The notes: generated by a model from the sequence alone, not told the origin. Positions 30,031 to 46,790 are shown, counted from the first letter of the stretch. The stretch: 64,000 nt of DNA from Lama guanicoe (GCA_013239625.1 MU053588.1:583988-647987), one strand, 5' to 3'. Numbers and translations are program-made.

Positions 30031-30342
30031 CACAGAGGTCCTGAGTGAGATCCTTTGTAATATCTAGTTCAATGAACTACCGTAAGAGATACAAAAGGGG
30101 GCTGAAGCTTTATGTACAGAAATTCCTGCTGCTTTATCGCAATTTCCATAACCTAAGAAATAAGACTTGGTATCTGTTGTGGGGTAGGTCTTTCCCAGGA
30201 AGATTACTTTCTGTGAAAAGGATTTTCCTTACTTAACTCTGTTACCACTGATATCTTTTTATATACCTTGGCCTTATTCACCCTGCCTTCTGGTGCTCTA
30301 AGGTAGGGCCCAAATATGCCCCATATATCACCCCATACATAC

Positions 30343-30614
30343 TAAAATTTCTGCTCTTTGCTTCAAGATGTGTCTTTCCTCCCTCCGGTTTGGTGATCCT
30401 TATAGGTGCTGACAAAGGTTTGAGTGTCTTTTCAGCAGGGGCCGCAGGTTCACCAGCCCTTGCAATATCTAGAGAAAAGGGAAATTGCTTGTCTCTGTGT
30501 GACAAGGTCACTTTCTCATTTAGCCGCTGCTCCACCTGAGTAAGGAGGTACTGGATATCATTAGCTTGAATTCCCAGCAGCCGGTCCAGAGAGGCTTCTC
30601 CAATAAAGTCCTGC
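30343..30614 (-). other. WDR87-paralog coding exon 4 (272 nt, open)
   Basis: cttttgtag|G...A|gtatgt; same length and phases as WDR87 exon 62383-62654. Confidence 0.85.
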
Positions 30615-31081
30615 CTACAAAAGTCAAGGGAAAAGAAGGATAATACTGAGCCAGCAATAAAACAAAATTAGAAGAGGAGGAGGAGGGGAAAGTACAGGAC
30701 GAGGAGGTTCAAAAACAATGGAAGAAGCAGGGATAAGGTAGCCAACTAGGACAGAGTACTTAGAAGTAAAGGATGGATAAAGAATAAATAATCTAAAATA
30801 GCACGGAATAGAGTAGTCAGGGTGACCCATGATGCTTCTTCATTTAGGAGATTTGGGGACTTGAGTCTTGAGGAATCTTAAGGAAGTGAGAAAATGATGG
30901 AAGGGCAGGCTAGTCAACGGACAGAAGAGGGATAGGCACTTGGGTGAAAAACAAATAGAATACAAAGAACATAGGCAGATGAAAAGAACAGAAAAGGGGT
31001 GGTGGAGGAGAAGCAGCAGTCAGATTTTGGAGGTTAGGAGCTAGAAGGAACAGAAGCGAAGAAGGCTGCCACCCAACTTGC

Positions 31082-33974
<2,893 letters not shown>

Positions 33975-34386
33975 CTAGAAGAGGATGAGAGATGAAAGCC
34001 TGACCATGGAGGCAGGTTACCTCTCAAAAGTGAGGGATAGAAGAGGGTTGAATGTTCCCTGTTCCCTCTTGTGGGTCTAAGAAAAGACTGGACAGCTTGA
34101 CTTTGGGAGTTTCCTGGTGCTAGGAATCAGGTATGTGATAGAAGGACCATGCTTAAGGCTCTTTCCTTGGCCTTTAGCCTATTTTACAGGGGATATGAAT
34201 TCTGTGACCCTGATGACCAGAGGGGAAGAAGCATCACTGCATCCAGGTTAGACTGGCATATGGAAATGGGAATTACAGTGAGCTAACTTAGAATCACCCT
34301 CATCATTCTGAAATGAGGGCAGTAAGGTATGATGCATATACAGTGGATTCAGAACAAGGCGGCAGAAAAAGATGAGGTAGATTTAC

Positions 34387-34554
34387 CTCCATTTGTCTTA
34401 AAGACAGTTCTGCCCAGTTTAAGGAGACAAAATAGTTGACCTCGTTGGAGTAGAAGCAGATGAAAGGCTTGCTCTGGGGCTGGTAAGGTTCTTGGTATAG
34501 AGTCTCAGGCCAGTCTCTCAGTACAACCACATCATCCTTTGGTTTTCCATCAGC
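34387..34554 (-). other. WDR87-paralog coding exon 2 (168 nt, open)
   Basis: ctctctcag|GCT ... GAG|gtaaat; phase 0-0; ADGKPKDDVVVLRDWPETL...RQME. Confidence 0.8.
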
Positions 34555-36688
34555 CTGAGAGAGAAGAGTGGGCTGAGCTAAGAGGACTGAGTCCTCACTC
34601 ACTCATTCATTTAATAAAGGTTTATTGAGGGATTAGTGGAAATTCATTGTTATTTATCTAATCAACATTTGTTCACCCTGCCACTAGAAAGCACTGTTGG
34701 GGGGGGGCGGTTATCCCTCCTTCACCCTCAGAATGCGTCCTAATTCATCAAAGTACCTTCCAGCCTTTCTGAACCAAAGTTCCTTAAGACAAGTAAGACC
34801 TAATATCCCAAAGTATCCATTCTACATAATAAATTAATTCTTCTCTATTTATCTGGAATACTACTAGTTATGGACCATCCTTAAGGGAACTGAGAAAATA
34901 GTCCCTCAAACCATTTTCTGTGTTCTATGGGTCAGATGAGGAACCACATTTGAGAAAGCCTGTTATGTTCTGTGACAAACACTGGCAATACAATAATGAG
35001 CAAAAGAGATACAATCTTAGCTTTCAAAAGATACGAGTCCAGTGGAAAATACCTTAAACAGACAACTAACAAGTGACTATACAAAACAGGCAAAGCATTC
35101 AAAAGAACAAGATACAATTCTATGTGAATGTGACAAAGGAACCCCACCTTGACAAATATGTCTACCTGTCATGGTTGGAACAACTCTTCAGAGTTCTTGC
35201 CTACACCAGAAGGCCCACTCCTGTCACCATCATAGTCATGGTATACAGCCTATGGGAAACTCATATTTCACAGACATGGAAAGCCCACCATGTGTGACAA
35301 TTAGACCCAGTGTCATGCACCTCCCTCACTATTCTTCATGTGCATCCAAGGAAACATGTGCTTTTCACAACATGGAGTTAGCTGAATTCTAACCCAGTGG
35401 AGTGTGTGTGTGTGTGTGCGCACATCTATCAAGGGAAATATGTTACCTTTTAACAAGTTACACAGTAGAATGTGTACAATATACACTACCTTCCAGGCAC
35501 TGTAGCATGTACCTAGGATGTAGGTACATGAACTCCTCATTCTGACCAGCCAAAACTGAGGCTCATGAAGTCTACTTTTAAAGTAACCTCTTCTCAGAAG
35601 ATACTTGTGCTATGTACTTGCCTCTTCAACAATGCTCCATGAATCTAATTCTCTGAGTTTCTCTACCTTAGAATTTGAAGTATGACCACCTAAGCTGGAA
35701 AGTATAATACTCAATTGAACTAAAGTGTTAATACTTTTTTACTCACAATGCCCATCATGGCTGCTTCCTTCACAAAGGATTTGAGACTATACCGAGGCCA
35801 TTATCCACAACTTAGAATCTCTCTTCTCCCTCTGTTTCTCATTTTCAGGTCTTTGAGTATTTTGAGAGAATACAGAGAGATGGAGAGCTTCTAGCACTCA
35901 CTGTCATTGCTAATTCAGTGACAACATCAGAGTTGAGAGGATCTTGGTATCTGAGCTGCTAATTGCCTCTTCATTGAACCAGAAAGCTCATTTACATACC
36001 CCTTATTTCACCACTGATTGAATAGTTAATCACCATTCCTCTCCTCCTTTCCAGACTTCATGTACAAATAATTCATTCACTCATTCAGCAATATCAATGC
36101 GTGTCTACAGAGGACTCCAAGCAATGCATCTGTGCCTGGTACTACTGTTACATACTCTATATCAATCCCTGTTCTATCCTCTCTCCCCTCCTTCCATCCC
36201 AATAAAACTCAGATCTTATTTAGGGTGATGGATGGACTCAGAAATTCTGGCAATACCATAGAGTGACTGGCACAGTTCTGTGCTCTCTGATCTTCACTCT
36301 TCTACCTACTTTCAACTTAAAGATGACACCTGGAAGTGTAGCAACTATCTTGCAAACTTATGATAATAAGTTAAATATTAAGCAGGTGGAAAGAGAGAAA
36401 AGGAACATGGTTCCTTGACATCATGTAAGACAAAAATGCCTCTTGCTTGTTTAATCCATTTAAGACCATTTTCTGTTTTTCTGGGTTTTTTGTTTGTTTG
36501 TTTGTTTGTTTTGCAGAGCATGTTCTAATTATAACTAATGTTTTCTTAGTCTAGAAGTGGGAGTTGTTCAGGGGCATGGGAGGGCCCTTCCAAGGCTGCT
36601 CCCACGTTGCCCATGCCACAGGCTGCCTTGGCAGGGATAGATAATTAGTCCAAGCCATCACCATGTGCATATCACTCATTCACATCAC

Positions 36689-36811
36689 CTTTATATCCTT
36701 CAGGATATTTTTTATGAGGACTTTCAAGTCCTTCCACTCAGGAATAAGTCTGGGTGAAGGCGACATCCTTGTGATACTCCAGCAGTTAATAGACATCTTC
36801 GATTACAGAAC
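36689..36811 (-). other. WDR87-paralog first coding exon (ATG 36766; in-frame upstream ATG 36796)
   Basis: Acceptor cttttgccttccacag|G at 36812/36811; MSPSPRLIPEWKDLKVLIKNILKDIK; donor AAG|gtgatg at 36688. Confidence 0.8.
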
Positions 36812-36974
36812 CTGTGGAAGGCAAAAGTGACTTAATCACAACATCTGATGTTAGACTGGAAAGTAAGGGAATTGGGAGAGGGAAGAGTAACAGGGAAAGT
36901 GAGAGAAGGAGAGAAGCAAAAGTATTCCTTTAGAAACAGGAGAAACTCTTATTTCAAAAGATAGGGGTCAGAAT

Positions 36975-37295
36975 GAACTAATGATACTTGCAACAACATG
37001 GATGAATCTCAATACATTATAATGAGTAGAAGCCAAATGCCAAAGAGCATCTATTTGATTCCATTTACCACATGGAATTCCAGAAAAGAGTAATTTAACC
37101 CCTAGGGACAGAGAACAGATCAGTTGTTAACTGGGACTAAGAGTTTGGGAGATTGCCTAGGCAGGAGTAAAAGGGAACATCTTGAGTGATGAAAACGTTC
37201 TATATCTTGACTTTGGTAGTTGTTGCATGGGCATATTAAAAATGGGTACACTTTAGTACATGTAAATTATACCTAAATAAATATGGTGTTTAAAA
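36975..37295 (+). mobile_element. Old L1 (L1MC/ME-like) 3' end
   Basis: gaatgaactaatgatacttgcaacaacatggatgaatctc...gatgaaaacgttctatatcttga...tgtaaattatacctaaataaa. Confidence 0.7.
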
Positions 37296-39619
37296 GAGGA
37301 CAGGAGTGAAGTGGGAGTCTTATGAAGTCTAAAACAGGAAAAAAATGCAGCAAAAGTAAGCTGCTAGGTGAGCTTCGGTGAGTCAGTTGTAGTGTAGCTA
37401 TTTAAATAATACAGGAGCCTGGCATTCCGGACCTCCCGTGACTCTCTTCTTTGGGATGCTCATTTTTGTAGACATAATTATATTTATTCTCTTCACTACT
37501 GAAGCCTTCATATATGTGAAAGTAACTCACCTGTTCATCAAAGATTTACTCAGTGTTCGTTATATGCCAGGCTCTGTGCTGAGAGCTGGTGATAAAGCAC
37601 TGAACAAGAATGATTATCTGCCTGCATGGAGTTTACTATCCAATATGGAAGGCAGAAAATGAACAGTTAAAATAGATGTCCAGTTCTGGCAAGACGCCAG
37701 ACTAAAATAACCTGAAAGCCTCCCACTACAAACTCCTAGAAATTCTGAGTAAAATAACATGTGGCTGAATTCCAGGAGCCAGAAATGAAGATGGCAGGGG
37801 ATGGGGGTGCAGGGGGAAGATACAGCAGTAAGTGCAAACTGCTTCTATGATGGTCCTGAAGAGGTGTAGTTATCAGAGCCCCAAACTGATCATAATGGCT
37901 AGGAGCTAGGGTAATACTGCCCTGGCTAAGAGAAGAGAAGGGACTTGGGCCCATAAGAGGTAGGGAGCCAGAACTGAGACTCCTCCATTACCTTGGAAAG
38001 AGCTACTTCCGTACATAGAGCTGGCTCATGACCAGCTTCCTGAAAGCTTACACAACTTTAAACATTTTTCCAGGCATGAGTCGGGACCCTACACATCTCC
38101 AAATTCAGGGGATACCTGAACGGGTATCATCAAGCTCTCCAAATGATTCTCTGACACATACCTCACAAGGAAGAGAAGAAAAAGGGGAGAAGAAATACGA
38201 TACAGCATACCAACAATTCTAAAGAGATGATTTTAAATCTACACCTGAGAGGGTAATGAGCTGGGGTGGTGGTGGGGGTGTCACAAAAATCTTCTTCACA
38301 ATCTCTTAGCAGGCTCTGCATAGGTTATCTGATATCTATTGTTCTCAGATGAAATTCCCAGAACATTGAAAGCCACATTTAACATCTTGTTATATGTGTA
38401 ATATTAAAAATTCTAAGGAAACCACCAAAAAGAAAGAAACAGGTAGAATGTATGCTTTAACCAAGGGAAGAGGGATAGGAAATAAGGAAATAAGAATCAA
38501 CCCAGTAGAAGAAATGTAAGACAAAACATGAGAGAAAAAAGAGGTAACATAAATAGAAAGAAATAAGGTGATAGAAACAAGTCTAAATGTGTCATTAATG
38601 TAATAAGGACAGGCTAACCTCATTAGATAAAAGACAAATTATCGGATTGGTTTTAAAAAATGAATAAAGTAAGTTGTATGCTGTTAATGAGAGAAAAATC
38701 TAAAATGCAAAATATGGAAGCTTTAAAGTATCATTACCATGTCTTCTGTTCTGAAAATCATCTAAAAGCAATAAAGAGAATGAAAAAATCTTTGCTAACT
38801 CCACATTCAGCAAAACAAGGAGATAAGTATAATCTGTAGATAACAAATTACACGTAAGAGCTGAAATCAGGGACACTTAGGAATAGGAGTTGGGAACAAG
38901 AAACTTATGGAGAGAAATTTGAGAACAAAGAAGGACAGAGACAGATCAAAAAAAAAAATGATGAAAATTAAATTTCCTAAAGGTGAGGGTCTGACCATCA
39001 GGTGAGAATCTATACCCCCTACTTGTAACTACAACTGCAAGAAACTGGGAAGCAGAAGCAGAGGAAAGAGGCTGCTCAATCCCTTCGAAAAGCCATATAT
39101 GCGATGGAAGACAAGGAGTGAGCTTTAATGTTGTGAAAACCAGCTGGCCTAGAACTCTACCCTGACCCCTTCAACACACCCAGGAACCTCTTACAAAGAA
39201 ATAGTCCAGGAAAGCCCAACTCGGATGTAGTGTGAGAAAAAAAGAACGAGTAAGTCATTAATCCAAAGTTACAAAAAGAACTATGAAGGAAAAGAGTTAA
39301 AAAAAAGAAGAAGAAGGTCATTTACTAGAAAACTGCTGTAATGGATCAGACAAAAATTATAACTAAATATTTTGCATGAATGAAGAAAAAGTAATAATCT
39401 AATTGCCTCTGTGAAGGAAGACCACAAGGCAAAAATGTAAGAACTCAGGGAAGAGATTGTGAAACAACAGAGTAAGATAAATGTGAGCAGGCAAAATGGA
39501 AGAATAATCAAGTATTACAAACATAAGGGCAAAACTTGAGGAAACACAAGGGGAAAAGTAAGAAACAGAGAATAAAAATGGGAAAAAAGAAACAAAAATA
39601 GAAAGAATTACTTAGAAAA

Positions 39620-41010
39620 TAATAAATTTTTTCAACAGATGGTACTGGGACAACTGACACATGCAAATTAATGAATTTGGACCCCTATCTCACCCCATAT
39701 ACAAATATTAGCTCAACATGGATCAAATACCTAAATGTAAGAGCTAAAACTCTAAAACCTTTTAGAAGAAAACATAGGTATAAATCATTCTGACCTTGGA
39801 GTAGACAATGGTTTTGTAGATGTGACACCTAAACCACAAGCAACAAAAGGGGAAAAAAAGATAAATTGAACTTCATCAAAACCTCTTGTACATCAAAGGA
39901 CACTATCAAAAAGTAAAAAGACAACACACAGAATGGGAGAAAAGATTTGCAAATCATCTATCTGATGAGGGTATAATATCTAGACTATATAAAGAACTGT
40001 TACAATCAAATAAAAAGACAAATAATCCAAATTAAAAATAGGCTAAGGATTTGAAAAGATATTTCTCCAAAGAAGAAATACAAGTGGCCAATACCCACAT
40101 GAAAAGATGATTGACATCATTAGTCATTAGGGAAATGCAAATTAAAACCACAGTGATATACCACTTAACATTCACTAGAATGGCCATGTTCTTTTAAATG
40201 GAAAACAAGTGTTGGCAAGGATGTGGAGAAATTGGAATCAAATTGTCAAAACTTGGAACTGAGACATCCTTCAATAGATAAATGGATAAATAAACTACAG
40301 TATATCCAGACAATGGAATATTTAGGTCTAAAAAAAAATGAGCTATTAAGCCATGAGAAGACATGGAGGAATTTTAAATGCTTATTACTAAGTGAAGGAA
40401 GCCAATTTGAAATGGTGACACTGTAATTCCAACTATATGACATTCTTGAAAAGGCAAAACAATGGAGACAATAAAAAGATCAATGGTTGTCAGGGCTAGG
40501 GGGCAGAGATGAATGGGCAGAGCAGAAAGGATTTTTATGGCAGTAAAAATACTCTATGATATTAAAAGTGATGTATATATATATATCATTATGCTTTTTC
40601 TAAACCTGTAGGATGTACACTAAGATTGAACCCTAAGGCAAACTATGGACTTTGGGTGATTATGATACATCAATGTAGGTTCATCCCTGGTTAAAAATGT
40701 ACCATTGTGGTGAGTGATGATACCGAGAGATAATGCATATGTGGGGAAAGGGAATATATGAGAAATCTCTGTACCCTCCTCTCAATTTTGTTGCAAAACT
40801 GAAAGTGCTCTAAAAAAATTAGGTATTTTTAAAAATATATCTTCACTCAAACGCTTGTATATGAATGTTTACAGTAGCATTATTCATAACAGCCCAAACA
40901 CTCTAAATGTCTATCAACTGATCAATGAATAAAAAATTATTCATCCATAAAAATGAATGAGAACTGGTACATGCTACAACGTGGATGAACCTTGAAAATA
41001 TTATATCATG
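39620..41010 (+). mobile_element. L1 ORF2 3' part and nested L1M 3' end
   Basis: ttcaacagatggtactgggacaactg...gaatgggagaaaagatttgcaaatcat...gggaaatgcaaattaaaaccacagtg; degenerate ORF2 motifs. Confidence 0.85.
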
Positions 41011-41606
41011 CTAAAATATTATATTGTGTGCAGATAGAAGCATCCAAACACTGGATAATTATACAAAAACTTAATTACAATGAATTTCAAATGTGAAACT
41101 CTGAGCTTTGGGGACATGAGTATTTGCTCTATTATTTATACTTTTCTGCAACTTTTCTAAATTGAAAGCAAATTACAGCTGTAGTAAATGTTAAGGATAA
41201 TATATAATAAGGATATGTAACAATGGGACCTACTCCAAAGTTCTGAAGAGAGAGAAAGGTGAATTCTTCACACTTAAGAAAGGAAACTTTAGAGGACATG
41301 CAGCTTTCCTGGCACATCAGTGTTTTTTTCTTTTTGTTTTCCTCACAAGGAGGAATGCTTTACAAGGCAGATACATGTGATTAGAAGGGCTGGGGTGAAA
41401 AAGTTTCTCCAAGGGTAAAGGAAATCAACATATACTGAGGGCCTACCACATGTAAAGTGTTACACATTTTTCTATATCCCTATCTCACCCCATATACAAA
41501 TATCAGCTCAACATGGATCAAATACCTAAATATAAGAGCTAAAGCTCTAAAACCTTTCAGAGAGAGAGAGAGAGAAGACATATATATCTTCATTTAATAC
41601 TTAACC

Positions 41607-42240
41607 TGTGAGAAGGGAATAGGCAGAATGGCCCCACAAAGATGCCCATTACCTAATAATCCCTGGAACCTGTGAGTATATTAAATTACATGGCAAAAGG
41701 GACTTTGAAGATGTAATTAAGATCATGGAACTTTAAACAGGGAGATTATCCTGGATTATTGTAGGAGACGGCAATCTCATATAAATCATCAAAAGCAAAA
41801 AACTTTCTTCAGCTGGAATCAGAGAGATGTGGCACAATAGAGAGTAGAAGGGAGAGGTGGCAGAAAGAGAAGTCAGAGAGATTCCAGGTAAGAAGCATTT
41901 GATGTGCCATTACTGGCTCTGAGATGTAGGGGCCCAAGCACAAGGACTGGAGAGAAAGTCCTAGGAGCTAAGGGCAATCCCCAGTGAAAGACTTCAGTCC
42001 TACAATCACATGAAACTGAACTTTACGAACACCCTGAATGAGCTTGGAAGCAGATTCTTTCCAGAGTCTTTATATATGAATCCAGGAAGTGAACCCTTTA
42101 ATTTCAGCTTTGTGAAACTCAGAGCAGAGAAACCAGTCAAGCCTACGGTACTTCTCACTTAAGAACTATGAGAAAGTAAATGTTGCTCAAAGTGGCTAAC
42201 TTTCTGGTAGTTTATTACAGCAGCAATAGAGAATTAACAT
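41607..42240 (+). mobile_element. MLT1D/E-type solo LTR
   Basis: aggcagaatggcccc.caaagatg...atccctggaacctgtga...catggcaaaagggactttg...cagcagcaatagagaattaaca. Confidence 0.75.
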
Positions 42241-42448
42241 AGGCACTAACATTTTTTTGCAAATTTACTTATGCAGCAAGTACTTTCTGTGTGTTATCTC
42301 ATTTAATACAAACAACCTTCTGAAGTAACAGCTAGCTTTATTCCAATTCTGCAAAAGAAGTTAATTAGCTTAACTACAGTTGTACAGCTAGTAGGCAGCA
42401 AAGCCAGGATTCAAACCCAGGAAGCACAACTGTAAGATGCATCTTTTG

Positions 42449-43795
42449 GAATAAAAACAGTCTCTTCAGAAAATGGTGTTGGGAAAACTGGACAGCAGCA
42501 TGTAAATCAATGAAGCTAGAACACTCCATCACACCATACACTAAAATGAACTCAAAATGGATCAAAGGCTTAAACATAAGACAAGATACAATAAACCTCC
42601 TAGAAGAAAAGATAGGCAAAACATTATCTGACATACATCTCAAAAATGTTCTGCTAGGGCAGTCTACCCAAGAAATAGAAATAAAAGCAAGAATAAGCAA
42701 ATGGGACCTAATGAAACTCATGAGCTTCTGCACAGCAAAGGAAACAATAAGTAAAACAAAACGACAACCTACAGAATGGGAGAAAATTTTTGCAAATGAA
42801 ACAGACAAAGGCTTGATCTCCAGAATATATAAGCAGCTCATACACCTTAATAAGAAACAAACAACCCAATCCAACACTGGGCAAAAGACCTAAACAAGCA
42901 ATTCTCCAAGGAAGAAATACAAATGATCAATAGGCACATGAAAAAATGCTCAATATCACTAATTATCAGAGAAATCCATATCAACACTACAACGAGGTAT
43001 TACCTCACACCAGTCAGGATGGCCATCATTCAAAAGTCCACAAACGACAAATGCTGGAGAGGCTGTGGAGAAAAGGGCACCCTCCTACACTGCTGGTGGG
43101 AATGCAGTTTGGTGCAGCCATTGTGGACAACAGTATGGATTCCTCAAAAGACTAGGAATAGACTTACNNNNNNNNNNNNNNNNNNNNNNNNNNNNNNNNT
43201 TCTCAAAGCTGTTTATGATTGCATCCTGCAAGATTCACTTAAAAGGAAGTGATACAATGTTCATAGCAGCACTAGTTACAATAGCCAAGACATGGAAACA
43301 GTCTAAATGTCCATCAATAGATGACTGGATAAAGAAGATGTGGTATATTTATACAATGAAATACTATTCAGCCATGAAAAATGACAACATAATGCCATTT
43401 GCAGCAACATGGATGTTCCTGGAGAATGTCATTCTAAGTGAAGTAAGCCAGAAAGAGAAAGAAAAATACCATATGAGATTGCTCTTATGTGGAATCTAAA
43501 AAAAAACCAAAAACATAAATACAAAACAGAAACAGACTCATAGACATAGAATACAAACTTGTGGTTGCAAAGGGGGTTGAGAGGTGGGAAGGGATAGACT
43601 GGGATTTCAAAATGTAGAATAGATAAACAAGATTATACTGTATAGCACACGGAAACATATACAAGATCTTGTGGTAGCTCACAGCGGAAAAAAAAGTGAC
43701 AATGAATTGTTCATGTATAACTGAAAAATTGTGCTCTACACTGGAATTTGATACAACATTGTAAAACGACTATAATTCAATAAAAAATGTTAAAA
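42449..43795 (+). mobile_element. Young 5'-truncated L1 with 15-bp TSD; contains the assembly gap
   Basis: Well-preserved ORF2 C-terminal pieces (ORFs 42510-42893, 42923-, 43065-43499); TSD aagatgcatcttttg at 42434-42448 and 43796-43810. Confidence 0.92.
43168..43199. other. Assembly gap (32 N)
   Basis: Run of n. Confidence 0.99.
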
Positions 43796-43949
43796 AAGAT
43801 GCATCTTTTGAACTACTGAGTTATACAGCCTTCCTAGAGTTAATGGAACTCACAGAGCTTATATTAAGTGTGTCCAAAGTGAAAAGGCACCTGGTTAGCT
43901 GAGCTCAAGCATGAGGCCAGGTTTGTCTAGTTTCAAAAATGCTAATCCC

Positions 43950-45200
43950 AAAACAGTCAACAAATATTTGTTGTATTTGTTGTATTTTTTAAGATTCTAC
44001 TTTATAATATGTCTTTTGTTATCCAGTGGATATCCTAAGATCAAAACCCGTCACTGTCCTCAAGGAACTTCAATAGTTAAAATTTGGTAATTGCTGTAAT
44101 GGAGCACTTGAAGGTGCATGGGACACCACAGAATACTCCAGGGAGGAAACGCAGGTACTCAGCACAGGAGAAGCATGAGGGAGAGAAGGCCAGGCAGAGA
44201 AGGCTTACTAAGGCATTCCAGGAGAAGAGAATGGCACAGACACTTACATAGGAGTTAAATATTTTTACAGCACAATTTCAAGAGGGCAGTAGAAGAAAAA
44301 TGGCTAGATAAGTGGGAATCAGTGTTAAGTGTCATACTAAGGAGTCCAATTTTTATTTCAAGTAGGTGTTAAACACTGGAAACAATTTATATAATCTGAT
44401 TCAGAGCAGTGGGAAAGGAAAAGAAAATGATGAGAGCAATATGAAATATTTAGGGGTGAGAACCTTTGAGTCTTGAAGATCAGTTGGATATGGAGAGTCA
44501 GGAAAAGAGAAATCTATAATGGTTCATGGGTTTCTAATCTAGGCTATGAATGAAATTTGGTGCATTCAGATGAACCAAAGAAGAGTAGAGCAGGTATGGA
44601 GGAGAGAAGATCAGTTTGACTTTGGATTTGATGAGATGGTTATGGAATATCTAAATGAAGACAGCTGGCTATGTGGGTCTGGAGATCAGGGAAAAAGTCT
44701 GGATTGAAAACAAATATGAAAATGACCAACCTATAGGGACAGCTGAAACCAGGCATCTGGAGGACTATGCCCGTAGAGGAGTATGCAGCATGAGAAGGAG
44801 ACTTGATAATCAGATAATTATGGAGAAGTACACTGAGAAAGAACAACTATAGAAATATAGGCTGTTCTCCCGGAAACCAGAGGAGGTGCATTTCATGCAG
44901 GTAGATCAACTGTAACAGAGAGGTCAAGTAAGATGAACTGAAGACTGGATTTGGTAAATAGTACTGGTGTCCTTAAAATGAGAAGAGTATCACTGTTCAA
45001 GAAGAGTGATTCTTGAAGTCAGACTGGAGGGAACTGAGGAGCAAATGAAAAGTGAGAAACTGAAGTACAGCTTTCAAAAGCTTGGGGATGAAGGGGAAAG
45101 AGGGAGAAGGGGAGAAAGCGAGAGAGAGGGAGAGAGGTAGGAGACTACATAGGGTCAAGGAAAGATTTTTTTTTCACTCTGGATTTTTCATGATGAAGTT
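43950..45200 (-). mobile_element. L2 LINE, degenerate
   Basis: caacaaatatttg 3'-end motif; purine-rich L2 antisense text (cagctggctatgtgggtctggagatcagggaaaaagtctggattg). Confidence 0.65.
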
Positions 45201-46629
45201 TGATAGACATTACTCTGTCAAATTGCTGTAAAAGTTTCTAAATGCTTACTCTGAATTTCTGTGCTTATCTTGTTGAAGACCAGGTCAAATAGCTCCCATC
45301 TGGCACCAGAGTGCTAAGGAGGACTGCCTTAGGGATACTTATCCCTGTCTGAACAATTCCAAGCATTTCTTTCACCTAGCAACAGTTACTATCTCACTGC
45401 AATTTCTACCATGAGTAAACTTTAAACCTTCTAAAATCCTGCATATGACTCTCAAGGACATGCATAGGAAGACCAAATGATTGGCTCCTGGAGAGAAGGA
45501 TTTTTAAAATTGAGGTAAGTAAACATGTTTAAATGTCAGGAGGGAGAAGCCATAAAGGAGGGAGAGTGCAAATACAGAAAAGAGAGAATGAGCTGCTGCA
45601 CCAACCTGATGTGAAGAGAAATGGAGGATGAGATCCCACGATCGCAGAGGCTCCCTAAAATTTCCTCTGGTAATTTAAGACTTGGAGCTCTGACTGGGAA
45701 AATGGAATATGCTGGACACTTCTGTCTAAATCGTGGACTAACACTCCATTTCATCAGGTTTGCAGAGTCAGGCATTTCATTTTAACCACTCTTGGCCTCA
45801 GAGAGGAAGGCCCCTCTCTTTGTCCGTACAAAAGACTTTAAAAAATAAAGTGAGATAAAGAAATCACAAGTTTTTATAACAAAAAAGTAGAATATAAATT
45901 CAGGGTGCAATTATTGTGAGAGATGTAGGCATGCTGACATTGAGGGAGAATAGGAGAGATAAAACTTGAGAATCAAATAGACTTACATTTATAATCCTAG
46001 GTTCTGCCACTTCAATGTTTTCTTTTTTCCTTTAGACTTCTCAGACTGAACAAAGTCTTACCTCACAAATGTCAGATGCCTTAATGAGCTCAGTGAGACC
46101 AAAGCCACTCAGTATACAGTCTCCAAGTTGGGACTCTGTTACTAACATCATACAACATCACAGGCTTCCCCACTTCCTCTCCATTCTCTCCTAGCTCACA
46201 CACTTTCTGCAGAAGATAACATGCCCCTAATTCTGGAAGAGACAGACTCTAGTCCCAGCTTCCTATAGAAAGAGTGTCACTAGTTCCAACATCATAATGG
46301 TTCAGACTCCCCCAAACCCCTCCCACTTGTGCCCAGTGACACAGCACCGACATTACTAAGAACCTTAAAATCCCCACATAAACATGCGGAGCGCTGGGAA
46401 GCAGGGAGAATCTGGCCTTTTGTGATAGTGGAGTGGGATGGAGAGGGCATGTAAACTGACTTTGTGTGACAGAGGGCTGGCCAGTCCAGCCGGATGACTA
46501 CAGATACTACTGTGTTGGGATGTGCTGTGGTTGGAGGAGTTTGGCTCTTTCATATAAACTTTACTGCATATATACACCTGCCAGGTGCTGTTCTAAGGAC
46601 TGTTCGTGCACTGCTCCTAAAACGCCTTG

Positions 46630-46790
46630 TTAGGGTTGCCAGATAAAATACAATTAAATTTGAACTTCATTCCCAGTTAAATTTGAATTTCAGATAAGTA
46701 ATATTTGGGACATACTTATGCTAAAAAAATTATCCGGCTTTTAATGGAAATTCAAACTCAACTGGATGCCCCACATTTTCATTTACGTAC
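46630..46790. mobile_element. MER53-like hAT DNA transposon remnant
   Basis: tagggttgccagataaaataca...cccagttaaatttgaatttcagataa...gggacatacttat...gaaattcaaa..aactgg. Confidence 0.8.

Noticed and set aside
30910..31081. Hydrophobic tail of ORF 30910-31824 resembling a TM segment
   Set aside because: Read-through into a pyrimidine-rich intron past the GC donor, downstream of earlier stops.
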